Part shown: positions 38,841 to 52,103 of the stretch, one piece after another | Layout of the letters: the number at the start of each line of letters is the position of its first letter | How positions within the stretch are numbered: position 1 is the first letter of the stretch | Origin: Vermamoeba vermiformis | Lineage: Eukaryota | DNA: 64,000 nucleotides | Assembly (NCBI GenBank): GCA_045837725.1 | Contig: JBEWZL010000246.1 | Span: 1-64,000, forward strand | Direction of reading: 5' to 3' | Notes under the pieces: generated by a model | Database searches by the model: none | Told to the model about the DNA's origin: nothing | The model's input: the letters and a program-made list of their open reading frames with translations, nothing else | Made by a program: the position numbers and the translations under genes

Positions 38841-41800
38841 ATGGCAGCGAATTTGAATCCGCTGAACAAGTTGGCTTCGTCCATCTTGAACAGCTTTCTT
38901 AGTAACTACTTTGAAAGCTTTCAAAATAAAGTCGTGAATTTTTCGTTGGGCGGCGACATTGAATTGACCGAGTTAGAAGTCAAAAAAGATGTTCTAGATG
39001 GCTTACGTCTTCCCATCCAGATCAAGTTCGGATCTGTCGGACGTCTTAAGTGCAGTGGTATGTCAAAATTAATATATTAACGCAATGTGCGCGTGTTCTG
39101 TTATTTTATTCGTTACGAATTTAAATTGCAAAATTATTTGAAAAATTGATAATAAATACGGTAAATCAAACTGACTATTATTTCATAGTTCCCTGGGCCG
39201 AATTAACTAAGAAACCTACAGTGGTATATCTTAATCAATTGTTTTTAATTATCGAGCCATCCACGGTAACCAAGGTAAAAATTAAATTTCATTGCAAAGC
39301 AAATACTTGAATTCCTATAGTAATTTAATATTAAATAAATACTTTCATGTAGTATGACCCGAAAGAAGAAGAAGAGCGACAACAAAAGATCAAGCAACAG
39401 AAACTCAAAGTTTTCAAAATGCAGCAACTTGCCAAGCCTCAAGAAGGTAAATATTGTCAATATACGAGATTTTAAGTGGTGATAATGAATTCAGCGATCA
39501 AATCTTTTTTTGTACAAAGAATCACATCTGCCCACAGAAAATCTTCGCTTGATAAGTTTGATAACTAACGATCTGTTGCTTGGAAAATAGATACTGGCAA
39601 AAAAGCTAGCAAGAATTTTGGGCAGAGAATGGCTACGAATATTTTGGCCAATTTGCAAGTCGAAATTAACAACATCCACATCCGTTTCGAGGACGGAAAA
39701 GCACCGGTAAGCTAGTTTGACGTTGAAACTTAAATTCTCATACTAATGCAATATTTTATCAGATTCCATTCGCTGCTGGTCTCACGATTGAAAATTTACG
39801 TGTGCAAACAACGGATGAGAAGTGGAAGGTTACAAAAGTTAAACCGAGCGGAGTTAGCTACAAGGTACGAGTATAAATAATTATTAATATCGTAATATAG
39901 CTAATTTACGTATTTTAGTTGACTTCTATCAATAACATGGCCGTGTACTTCAACATCGGTGAAAAGCCGCTCAAATACAATAGCTTGGCTGAAGCATATC
40001 AGTTAATGGAGGCATTGGTATGTCAATAGTATATCATATATATTATTAGTATATACTCTAATGCTGATAATTTCTATTGCAGATCCCGACAGATCTAAAT
40101 GCAGTCAAACACGATTATATCGTTAAAATGGAGTCACTGCGTGTGAAAGTAAGAAAGAATGTTTAATATCAATACAATATTGATCATTACGCTCAGGCAA
40201 CGATCGATCAAGATGCTACTGCAGCAGATGATAAGCCGAAAATTTACGCGACTGTCGTGTCGGATCGAATTCCGATCGATTTGACGAAAGGCCAATATGA
40301 CGCAGCCATGTTTCTAACGAAGAAGATGACGTCTCATACTACATTGACGAAGTACTTGCAACATCGACCTTCTGACAAGAGTGTCAAGGGAGATCCAAAG
40401 GCGTGGTGGCAATTTGCAAGTACGTAACTTTCAAACACAAATTATTTGCATTAATTAATTAAAAAGATATGAATTGGTTATATATTAACGCATATATTAG
40501 TGAAATGCGTCATGCAAGACAATGAAATTAAACGAAATCAATGGCGATGGAGCACAATTAAGCAGCGTCGAGAAGACCGGTTGAAATATATTAATTTGTA
40601 CAGGAAAAAGAAACTGAAAAAGGTAGTGCAATAATGATACATAAGCAATGCTGCCTGAGCTAATATTAATTTTTTAGAATTTTAATTTGGAACGTAAAAC
40701 CGAACTGAAAGCGTTGGAGAAAAAATTAACGTTTGAAGATATAATATAGTAAGTATAATTAATGCTACGATAAAAGAATATAGCTAATTTAATTGTTTAG
40801 TTTCCGGTCCTTGGCCATGGTTCAGATCAAGCAATACAAAAAGTTGAAGAAAGACACGATGCCTAAAACAGCTAAAACGCAATTAGCAGCGCTTCTTGAG
40901 TCTAAAAAAGAGAAAAAAGAACGAAGGCTGAAATTACGACAACAGTTAATGACTGTGCAGTTGACTGAAGAGGAACAACAAGAAATTTACAAATCACTCG
41001 AATTGAATGCTGACGACGACGGACCAACTCATCCATCCGTAAGACTATCACATTATGACTTTAATATTAGTATAGACTAAGTGTAATGTTTTTAGTGGGT
41101 GCAATTCAAGTTCGACGTGACATTGCCGTATTTGAGCGTTTCAGTCAAAGAAGATGACAAAAGCGACCTATTACGGTTCTTTATCGAAGATTTTAAAGCG
41201 AAAATGGAGCTCAGACAGGCTTGGCATACGGTACGAATTGTGTTTTTGCACGCTTTTTTTTGTGCGTGAGGCTAACTTCATGACAGTTTAAATTCGAGCT
41301 GTATGGCCTGACGCTCGTGTCTTTATTGCCTTCGGCTGGTCACTGCCCAGACGTAGTTGTTCCGCAGTCACGTGATCAAAAGACTCCATTGCTAAAAGCA
41401 CAAATTGATTTGAATCCGATTGGTGGACCGGACTTGGCAGTCGATTGTTCCGCCCAACCGTTTGCAATTACTTATAACAAGGACTTCACGGAGCGTCTAA
41501 GTAAGCAATGAAGCTATATAATGAATACTTACTAATAATATTGTTTTGTAGTCAAATTTTTCTTGGGTCCAATTACCGAAGAAATTCGTGCCAAGTTAGC
41601 GTCACTAACACCGAGTCAAATCAATTACATGCTGGAAAATACAAAGACTGTGGCTCTTAGGCTCAACTTGAAAGCACCGGCAATTATGGTCCCCGAAAAC
41701 TTTGAGGACCCTAAGGCCCGTGTCATTGTGCTGGATCTCGGTACTCTGAAAGTCGAGACTGTTCTGGCAAAGAAACTGCTTCAAAAAGATCACTCTCAAG

Positions 41801-44800
41801 ACGACAGCGATGTTCAAAGCTTAGCTGAGAGCAAGTCTGAAGACAGTATCAAGTCGAGCAGACGAAAGAAACGAAGTGCTTCTGAGTCGCCCAGATCAAT
41901 CGTGAAACCTGTTACTCCGAGAGAAGAGGTCAAAAAGGAGCTCTACGACGAACTTCACATCTTTTTGTCAGATATTCAGGTCTATTTAAGCACTTTGAAT
42001 ACAAAGGTAAGCTGCAATAATGTATGTTTGACTGTTATTCACACGTGACCGTAGAAAAAATCGGAGCGAATGAGTTTGCTGGACCCATTCACGATCAATC
42101 TCGATTTGTTCTTGTCCAAACTGCCCGAAGTCGAGTCAATCAGTCAAATCAAGTTCCGAGGCAACATTCCTCGCTTGAACTTTAACATCTCACCTGCGAG
42201 ACTCGAACAAGTTTATCGCATTGCCAATTCATTGATGGCTCAATTTGGTCCTGCTGCCCCTGCTGAAGAGCCGGCAGCACCAATCAAACCTCAACTCGTT
42301 GACGAACAAACGTTCACACGTGATGTTATGATTGCTACCGTCAAATCGTGAGTACAAATGCCAAACTAATATTTGAATGTGAACTAATGTAGTATTTGTG
42401 TTAGTAATAAGAAGGTTAGCGCAAAGATCGTTGAAGGAGAGTTCACGCTAGACGAGGTTATCGTGCACATTGCAACTGACACCGAGCAATTGGCCAAAAT
42501 GGAAGTCAGAAAGTTGAGCTTGAATATGGACGTGCAATCGTGGCAAGTGTCAATGGCAGCCAAACTGCACAGCATTGTGATTGAAGATTTGGGCCAAACC
42601 CCGCCAATCCACATGGCAACGTCAAAAGTCGATGATGACAACCTGGCACCATCAAACTCGAGCGATCTCATTCAATTCTCGTTCTTGAGCATTCCTAAAG
42701 AAGCACCATTCTACGCGAATGTCGATCAAGAGCTCACAATATCGTTCAACCGAATGGCATTCACCTTCAATCCGCCGACAGTGCTCAAGCTGTTCGATTT
42801 GGTTATGAAGGTCTTGCCCTCGCCACAGCCCAAGAGTGGACCCATAGTACAAGAGGTCACGGAAGAAGAGCCTGAGAAAGAGCCAGCGGAACAAAATGCA
42901 CAAGGCACGGAACTGCTTCGTGTCAAGAAGTTGGACCCTGCAGCTCCTGCTAAAAAGATTGGCAAGACAATCTTGACGCGCGTTCAGATCAAGATGAACG
43001 CTGTAAAACTGACGCTTGTCGAAGACACGCCTTTGGCAGAGTTCATACTAGAAAATTCAGCAGTAGAGTTGGTGATGCGGGAAAACGCGACTTCCGTAAA
43101 AGGAAATCTCGGAACTTTCTCGATCATCAATCCTCGAGGCGACAAACACCATCGTAGAATTATTGACATCAAGTCCGATCGATTGATGGACTTTGGCGTT
43201 GAAATTGTTCCGTCATCAAAGTACGATAACTGCACTGAAACATCGATCAAGATCAAGTTGCATTCTCTGCGGCTACTTTACATTCACAAGTTCCTGTTGG
43301 ATCTGATCGGGTTCATGTTGACTTTCAACTTCCATATGAAACACTTCAGAAAGCTCGACAAGCAAACTGTGAAGCCCGTGGATTGCACACAATTGGACAT
43401 TCGTGTCAAGAACGTCTTATTAGTAGCCCCTACATTCGAGCCTAATGCCAAAGACGTGATGATTGCTGAAGTGGGTGGCATGTCAATCTCGAATTACATC
43501 GAGGAAGTTGAGGAAGGACTGCTCTGGCTCATGTTGAAGATAGCCATTCAAGGACTGAATGTGCGCAATGGATACATGCGCAAAGCTGATTGGCGACAAC
43601 AAAATTTCACCAAAGCCAGTGCTAGTCCTGGTACGACTCCAGATGCCGTTAAAGATCCGTACATTATGGACGAGCTCAATGTTGACTTGCACATGTCACA
43701 ACCGTTAGTTCCAGAGATGAGGAAGCCTTCTCAGCCTGAGCTCAAGGTAAAGATTTATTACTTCAAGTTGCCCAATTTGCTCACTTGTGTTTCTTAGATG
43801 AAAATCTCCTTGACGCCGATCGAGTTGAAAGTATCACACACGCAATTGCGTAATATTTTCACAATGGTTACCTACAACTTCATGTGTGAAATGCCACAGA
43901 CCTTCAGTAAGTAACGCAAAACTCTAACCTTCCCTGTTAACTTTTGTTCCACCCACCAGTCCGGCAAGTGAAGGAGATGGAGTTGACCAAACTGCAAAAA
44001 CGTGCCAAGATCAAAGAGTCCAACAGAATTGTTGAGACTATGATCGACTTGGACGTTGAGAAGTTTTCTTTAGGAGTCTGGCAAGGTTTGACACCCATCA
44101 TGTCCATAGAAGGCAACAAATTCGATGCGCATATTGAACTGTACGAAGACCACGGCAAACTCATCGAGCTGCAATTGTTCGAGTTGGTGATGGAAGATGT
44201 TCGGTCAGATTCAGACACGCACGAAATGTTCAGAAAGCTCGTGAAGCCAAAGAAACAAGACCAAAACGACGGCCAGTTCTCGATGAAGCTGGTTAAGATG
44301 CCTGACACGCATCAAGACATGGTGCTCAATTGCAAGTCTTTGGACGTGTTCATTGTGCCCGGTTTGGTTCTCAAGCTTGTGGAACTGATGTTGCCCATTG
44401 CTCCCGTTATTGAAACGCTAGTCGAGCACAAACGAAAGAACAAGAAGCTGTTGCGACTCGATGACAGGCGTGATAGGATGTTGGCGGAGTTGCGCGATAA
44501 GAACTCGATCGGCCTCGATCTCACTTTTAACCTCATGGAGCCACAGTTCATTTTGGTCGAAGATGCAACTCGTCCCGACTCACGAGGTACGTTGGAAATT
44601 TCACAGTGATGTTTGACAGCTACATGACACTGACACTTTCCATATTTAGTAATAATCTTGTCCGCTGATTTCGATGGACGATTCTTCCAACGATTCCACC
44701 ATCAAAAGCTGAACTCGTTTGCGAAAAGCTTCCAAATCAAGAGAACTTGCATGCGTGATCCAAACAAACCAGAGCAACGCATCGACAGTGTGCAAATGTT

Positions 44801-47800
44801 GCAGCCGCTCGATTTAATCATCGCTTTGAATGCTTCGAACACAGAATTGCTGCTGTACCTTGACTTGAAGGCACCCGGTCCTTTAGAGCTGACGTTCTCG
44901 TACCGTGATTTCAAGCTGTTCTACACGATCATGACGAAGACTATGGAACAAGTCAAGAACATGTTGGCGTCACCCGTGATGCAACAAGAGACTATGATCG
45001 CGTTACCGACCGAAAAGAATCAAATCCAAGTCTTCCAATTGACTGAAACACCTCCTTCGAGTCAAGACGGAAATATGCCGCCAACACCGTCCGCTTCCCG
45101 AAAGAAAAAGATGCAAGAAAAGGCAAGTCAGATACTAAAAGTTTACGTACTATTTACTAATATGGTAATTTTTTTGTAGATCGATATCAATCCGTTGAAA
45201 ATGATTATCAAGCTGGTCGATGATTTGAGGCCAAACGAAGCCCAATCATTGTTCAGTATTAAAGTCAATATGCAACACTTGCTATTGACAAATTGGTCAT
45301 CGAAGCTATTGATGCAAATGAAGGCATTAATTGCAGCTGATTACTTCAATTACGGCATTCAAGAATGGGAGCCAATTATTGAGCCTTGGGGCTTTAGAAT
45401 TGAAGTCGAAGAAAAGAACGCAAATATCACGAGCAATGAGATTTTCAATTTGAATATTACAAAGGCGCTCATGAACCAGCTCCAATCGACTTTCTTTAAA
45501 TGGAAAGACGATTTCTTGAACGTGCCAGCGGAAAAAATCCGAAGACGCAGATTTATTTCTGCTTCACAGGCACCAAAATCCTTGAAACCTGTTTCGCGCA
45601 CACGAAGCGAGGCTGAAAAGGGCACAATAGGAGAAACCGTAAGTAATTCTAAAAAAAAAAAAAACTGTACGTTTAGTATTAATATTTTTCCTAGATTATG
45701 ACAGTGAATCAAATTCAATATCGGTTATCAAACACTTCACAAACCGATATCGAATTGAAGTTCTTGCCTAAAGAGTCAAAAGCCAAGAACTTGGATCTGT
45801 CGCCTATTGTCTTAATAGCTAATGGCGAGGCAACTACATTGCCTTATGACCTCTTGAAGATTGGTCGTTGCGTAATGTACGTAGAAATTCGACCTATTAT
45901 TAGCTGCTAACGAAATTTGTCGTAGTCGACCAAAGGGATTGCATTACTCGTGGAGCGAGAAGGACATTAATTTGCTCGAGCTAAAACACGGCAGTAACAT
46001 GCTCAATCTGCAATTTAGCGTCGAACAAACTTCGCAAGTCCAAACATTGACTTACTCGCTGTCCATCAATCCTTACGATGAATATGTGTACGTACAATTC
46101 CAAGAATTTTTTTTCATTACCTCCACCAAGGTAATGTGAGACTAACTACATCTAATTAGACCAAATACACTTGTATATATGATCACAATCGCCCCTGCTA
46201 TGCGCATTGAAAATCAGTTGTTGTGCCAATTGGACTATCAAATCTCCGAAAGATTGAACATGCGCGACAGTGCAATCGTCAACAAGGGCACGATAAAGCA
46301 AGAAGAGAACGTGGGACTGACTAACTTCCCGCTTGAGCGACCGTTGAGCATATCAATCAAGATCCCCGACTGTGACAAGTGGAGCAACTTCCAAGACATT
46401 ACATCGAAGAATAACATTGGCAAGACGTTCTCCGTTGTCGTGACAGGCAGCGAGGGCACGTGGATGTTCAATGTCGAGACGAGCTTGGATCAGTTCGGCA
46501 CGGTCAATGTGGTGGTTTACTCGCCTTATTGGATTGTCAACAAGTCCGGCTTGCCGTTGTTGTATTACCGTGGCAAAGAGCCCAAGAGTCTTGCTCCAGG
46601 ACAGCGTAAGTTTCCTCAAAACAGCACAGAGAAGCTGTAAAACTGACGCCTATTTCTACCTAGCCGCGTGGAAAGTCGACAAAAAGTATGACCGAGTTCT
46701 AACGTCATCAGAGCCCCGCGACATGGTGTTTGATGAGCTGTTGAAAGAAGAACCGTTGATGTTCTCATTTGCCACGCAATCACAGAGCAATTTGTACGTC
46801 AGAATTGCTAAGAAATACAACAGCACGGTAAGTTCTTCGTGACAAGTTTGAATTCTAACTCGATTCTAATTGGTCCATTTCAGCCATTGAACTTGAAGGC
46901 CCAAAACACGAAAGGTTTTTGCTTGTTAAAGGCAGACAAAGAGCACAAAGACGAGACCAAGCTGTTCGAATTGGCCGTGTCTATTGAACCTGCTCCACGA
47001 CAGGTAAGATTTTTCTTCCCGTCGCACAATTTTTCTAACCTTCTGTAGTTCTGGCGAGCAAAAGTCATCACATTTTTGCCTCGCTACGTGTTCGTGAACA
47101 AAACGGACAGCACACTCGAGTTGCAACAATTGGGCGTGACAACGACGTTCACTTTGAATCCCGGTGAAAGTTACCCGTTCCATTGGTTCAACGGAAATCT
47201 CAAAGACTTGCATTTACGCGTCAAATTCGATGCGCCTGACTGTCATTGGTCCGGTGGATTCTCCGTGTCAGAACAGACGAACTTGTCGATTTTAATGAAG
47301 AGCCAAAAAGAGCCCAACAGTGCCGCGTACACCGTCAGACTTCAGACGCGTTTGTTGGACGGTGCGATCAACGTGGTCGATTTCTACGGCTCACAAGACA
47401 ACCCGTTCTATCAGATTGAAAACACACTTGACGTCCCTGTCATCGTGCAACAGAAGGGCGCACAGCTGCAATTGAAGGTGTTGCCGAACAGCGTCATCAA
47501 CTGGGGTTTGGCCGAGCCTAGCATGCCTCCCACAGCCCAGTTCACAGTGCTAGACGATCCTATCACGCACGTCTTCGATATGGACCAAGTGAAGACCGAG
47601 TACCGCTTGATCGATTACACTGACAGCAAAAAAGAAGCGCGAAAGGCACGTGTTTGGGTCGATTTGAAAGGTGCCACGAGAATCTTGAAAATTAACGACA
47701 GTACCACGCAAATCGTGATCGGTCAGCCTAACGTAAGTCTCATAACAACTATATTATTATCATATACTAATAGTACCTTCTAGTCCGACAATACAGAATT

Positions 47801-49922
47801 CACGACATTAGCGCTGAAATTGCCGCGTGTCGGAGTTTCAGTCGTTAGTTTCAAGCCCGAAGAACTGATCTACATTGCTCTCGATAACATTGATTTGCAC
47901 TTTGTCAAGTACAACGACAAACAGAGCATTGAATTGAATATTGAAGATTTCCAGGTACGACCAGTTTCAAATGCGGATCCAAAAATTAAAATGCATTTTG
48001 CTAATCCTTTATTTAGATCGATAACCAAAGCACGTTTTTGTTATCGCCAGTGCTACTCTGGTCCAATGCGCCTGAGCCCAAGAAATTCCTTCAGTTCTCG
48101 CTCGTCTTCAGTCAAAGTAAAAAAACAAGTATATTTTTAGTAACTGCAGTACACCAGTATTAACGCTATTTCATATATCAAAGGCGCGAGTATCATTCAT
48201 GTGGAGCACTTGTCGATGTTGATGCGCGAGCTCAATTTGGCACTTGATGAACAGATCTTGCTCAAGCTGTTGTACTTCACGGATATCACGATGGAAAGTT
48301 TGCAGCGCGGTGCTATTTTTGCATTCGACGAAGAAAAGTACGTTGAAAAGTACAACTAATGCTAGTTTTATATATCTAACCTTTCAAGCAGATCTGAGGA
48401 AGGCGAAAATATTATCACCAAGATCGCTCATATGCCTATTCAAACCAACTGGGTGTTCTCATCTTTCATGTTCATAAACCCGATGAAAGTCAACGTGACG
48501 TTCTTAGGCTACAGACCCGACGATTCGGTCAGGTAAAAACAACCTCAAACATTATTTCCTTATTTGGAAACTAACGAGTTTTTATCAGATCGGCATTCAC
48601 GAACGTGTTGTTGGGTATTCCCAAGGAATTGATTATTAACGTCGATAACGCGCCTATTCGCTTGAACGGAGTCGAGTTGCAAAATCAATTGTTCACGAAA
48701 CAAGTGCTCGCCAACACGCTCTTGTTGCACTTCAAGAACCAAGCATTGCAAGAGATTTACAAAGTCGTTGGATCTGCTGACATGTTTGGCAATCCTGTGG
48801 GCTTCGTGCAGTCATTGGGCACGGGAGTGATCGACTTTTTCTACGAGCCTGCCAAAGGTATTACGATCAGCCCTAAAGAATTCGTGTCGGGCGTAGGCAA
48901 GGGATCGTTCTCCCTCGTCAAGAACACCATTTCTGGAGCTTTCAACACGGCTTCAAAGATCACCGGATCCATCGGCAGTGGTACGTATAGAACGCACGTG
49001 TATCATTTGAAAATATTATCTCTAACATTGCAACGTGTCGTAGGTGTCGCCTCATTGTCAGCTGATAATGAGTATCAAATACAAAGACTCGAGGACATTC
49101 AGCAAAACAAGCCCAAACATGTGTTCGAAGGTATCGGCCGTGGACTTTTGAGCTTTGGTAAAGGACTCTTTGACGGCATTTCTGGCCTCGTGACACAGCC
49201 GATCAAAGGCTCGCAACAAGAAGGCGCTGCTGGCTTCTTCAAGGGCATGGGCCGAGGATTTGCGGGAGTAGTTGTCAAGCCCGTAGTTGGTGCATTGGAT
49301 CTCGCATCGAAAACGACAGAAGGTATCAAAAACACGACTGATTTGTTCCAGCCCTTGGTAAATAGAAAGCGCTTGCCACGTCACTTTAAGACCGGAAAGC
49401 TAGAGGTAAGTTTTTCGTTAACAAGATCCAGATCCACATTTAGATCGTCAAATTTGAGACGATCGTATGCCCTGATAATATCAATATACTAATAGTATTA
49501 TAGGTGTTCCATCCAGACGATGCTGAGGCACAAAACGAGCTGCATACATTGGCGCGTGGTCAATACAGATTCGAGCGCTTTGTTTTTAGAGTCAAACCTC
49601 TCGCGGACAACAACACGCTGTTAGTGTCAAACGAGTCAATTATCGTCAAGTCACCAGAAGAACAAGTCATTCTATCGGTTAAATTCAAAGGTAAGAAACA
49701 GCAGCGAATTTTTAGATCGAATCTGTTAATTAACTTCATTTTCTAGATTTGAGCGCAATTACCGTACAAGAGGATACCCTAATATTGCCGATGCGCGGAG
49801 AGTTGCAAGCAATGTCTAATATCAAATGTGCCTCCAAGAAACAAGCCGAGCTGCTCAGTAGCAAATTAGGCGGTATTTGGTTGATGGTTCATCGTGAACA
49901 GCAGATAGCCGCTTGGATGTAA
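38841..49922 (+). CDS. VPS13: VPS13 family bulk lipid-transfer protein
   Basis: Chorein-N (LNSFLSNY..GDIEL..LPIQIKFGSVG), AWWQFA, WEPIIEPW, VAB repeats (YSPYWIVNKSGLPL, PRYVFVN), C-terminal GSADMFGNPVG, DFFYEPAKG, GAAGFFKG..KPVVGALD and a PH-like tail. Confidence 0.93.
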
Positions 49923-50233
49923 TGCAAAATTACGTGTCAAAAATAATTTTCATGTAAATACAATCGTTAAAAGTACAATTGCTTGAATTAATTTCGAATC
50001 TGGATTCGTAGGCTTTTATGCAGAGATGTCGAGTGCGGTATTGAAAGTGAGTTCATTAGTATGTAGTTTAATAATCTTAAAGATTACGGTGTGATTTGAC
50101 GGCGGAAAAGATTAAAAATAGCACCGGCGAAACAGCGGCATTGAACTCACCCGCAAGTTAAATAGCAACAATGCTGCCTGGTAGACAATTATATAATTTT
50201 AAATTGAATACAACAAAAGAGAAAGCCTAGAAA

Positions 50234-51905
50234 ATGCAAGCTTCAGAGCTTCGCTTTGGAATCATTGGAGGTGGTCCCGGTGGTCTACTGACTGCTATCG
50301 CTCTTAAACGCAAAGGATTCAACAATATATTTGTATTAGAGCGTGATAAAGGTAATAATTATATTATTCTGCTTATTGAATTTTTTTTTACGCGAATCTA
50401 AAATTTATTTAATTAGATGCCGAGTCCAGAGCGCAAGGTTATTCTTTTTCACTATTTAAACCAAAAGGAGGATTAGTGTTAATCGAGGAGCTTGGTCTGA
50501 GCGAGGAGTTGGATGCTTTCTCTTTCGACTCACGCGGATTTAGAATGGTTGATGGATCGAGCGCGAAGATTCTCTTTGAATTTCTCAGGACACCGGTATA
50601 TTCTTCATCCAATCCCTTATTTATTATATCAGTGCTAATATCGGATATTAAGGATGCCAAGGAAATCGGAAAACGAGTTATGCGCAGCGGATTGCGCAAG
50701 TGGCTCGTGTCAGTTTGCGAACGAGAAGGCATTTCAATCACATGGAACAAACGTGTGCTGAAATACGAAGAAAAACAAGACTCGGTGGAAGTGATATTTG
50801 AGAATGGTGAAAGAAGAGAATTTGATATTTTAATCGGAGGTAAGATTCTGCTTCCAGATCCAGCCCTAACAATAATATATACGTGCTATCACTATAACTT
50901 ATGGTTGAATATCGGATCCGCAAAATGCTGACACTTTTGTTTCGTCCAGCTGATGGCATTCATTCACCAATCAGAGAACAGCTCGTCGGTGATGAATTGA
51001 AGTACACGGGATATACTTGTATCACGGGCATCACTCACCGCAAAGACGCACCGGATCTGTTTTCGCATCTGTACTTTGACCACGCTGGTATGTTGGCTAC
51101 CACATCCGCAAAGACTGTTTTCAATTTCCATCACCCGCCTGATGAACAGTTCTGGGGCTTGACCGTACCCGTGCCCGAGCATTATTTCGACCAAAAGTGC
51201 GGCGATGACCTCGGCAAACTGAAGCTAGAAGTGCTTGGAAGATTGGATGGCTTGGATCCGCTGTTTATCGAGTAAGTTTAACGTCCCAATGTGGGTCAAT
51301 AAGGATCTCCTTCCAGCACACCTTTTTTGTATTAACAATGTATATTTAGATTGTTACTGAAAGGAGAGGTCAAAACTACGTTGGGATTCTACGATCGAGA
51401 GCCCGTGAAAATAGACCGCAAAACAGGTCGCGCGTTCAACTCCAAATCAGGAAGAATTACCTTATTAGGAGATGCCGCTCATCCCATGGTACCATTCAGA
51501 GCTGCAGGAGGCAACAGCGCCATACTAGACGCACGACAGCTGGTCAATGAAATGTCAACCTTGCTCGACAAATCATCGCTAGTTACACGTGATGACATTG
51601 CAACTGTTCTTCGAAATTTCGAGTCAGAAATGATTGCACGCACTACACCTGAAGTCTTAGGCTCCAGATCCGCCATGAACATGATGCACTCGTCAAATCG
51701 ATTCATGATCAAGTTGCGTAATGCTGGCATGGCATTTGGCAATTGGAAAATGAACAATTATTCGAGGAACAAAAAGTTGCAAATGCTCGTGAAGGGAATT
51801 TCGATGGCAGTGGCCGCTGGTGCTTTGTACGGCGCAATTTGTCTTGTGAAACGAACGAAATTTGGCACTAATTGCATTGATTATTACTGCAACATGAAGA
51901 AATAA
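50234..51905 (+). CDS. FAD-dependent monooxygenase (flavoprotein hydroxylase family), copy 1
   Basis: IIGGGPGG, IGADGIHS and ITLLGDAAHPMVPFRAAGGNSAILDA; hydrophobic C-terminal segment. Confidence 0.9.
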
Positions 51906-52103
51906 ACCGTCGCTAGTTCACTTTGAATGGATGCCCTCGGATCAAGTACCAAATTCAGCCAAGGTTAGTATCTTAAAGGGTAATTCCAAAATTTACCCTA
52001 ATTTGTATAATCAGTTCAATGTCTGCCAGTAGATTTTAATGACAGGTCTCACACATTAAACAAAGATGCTCTTACAAAAATTGATGATATTTTGAATAAT
52101 TAG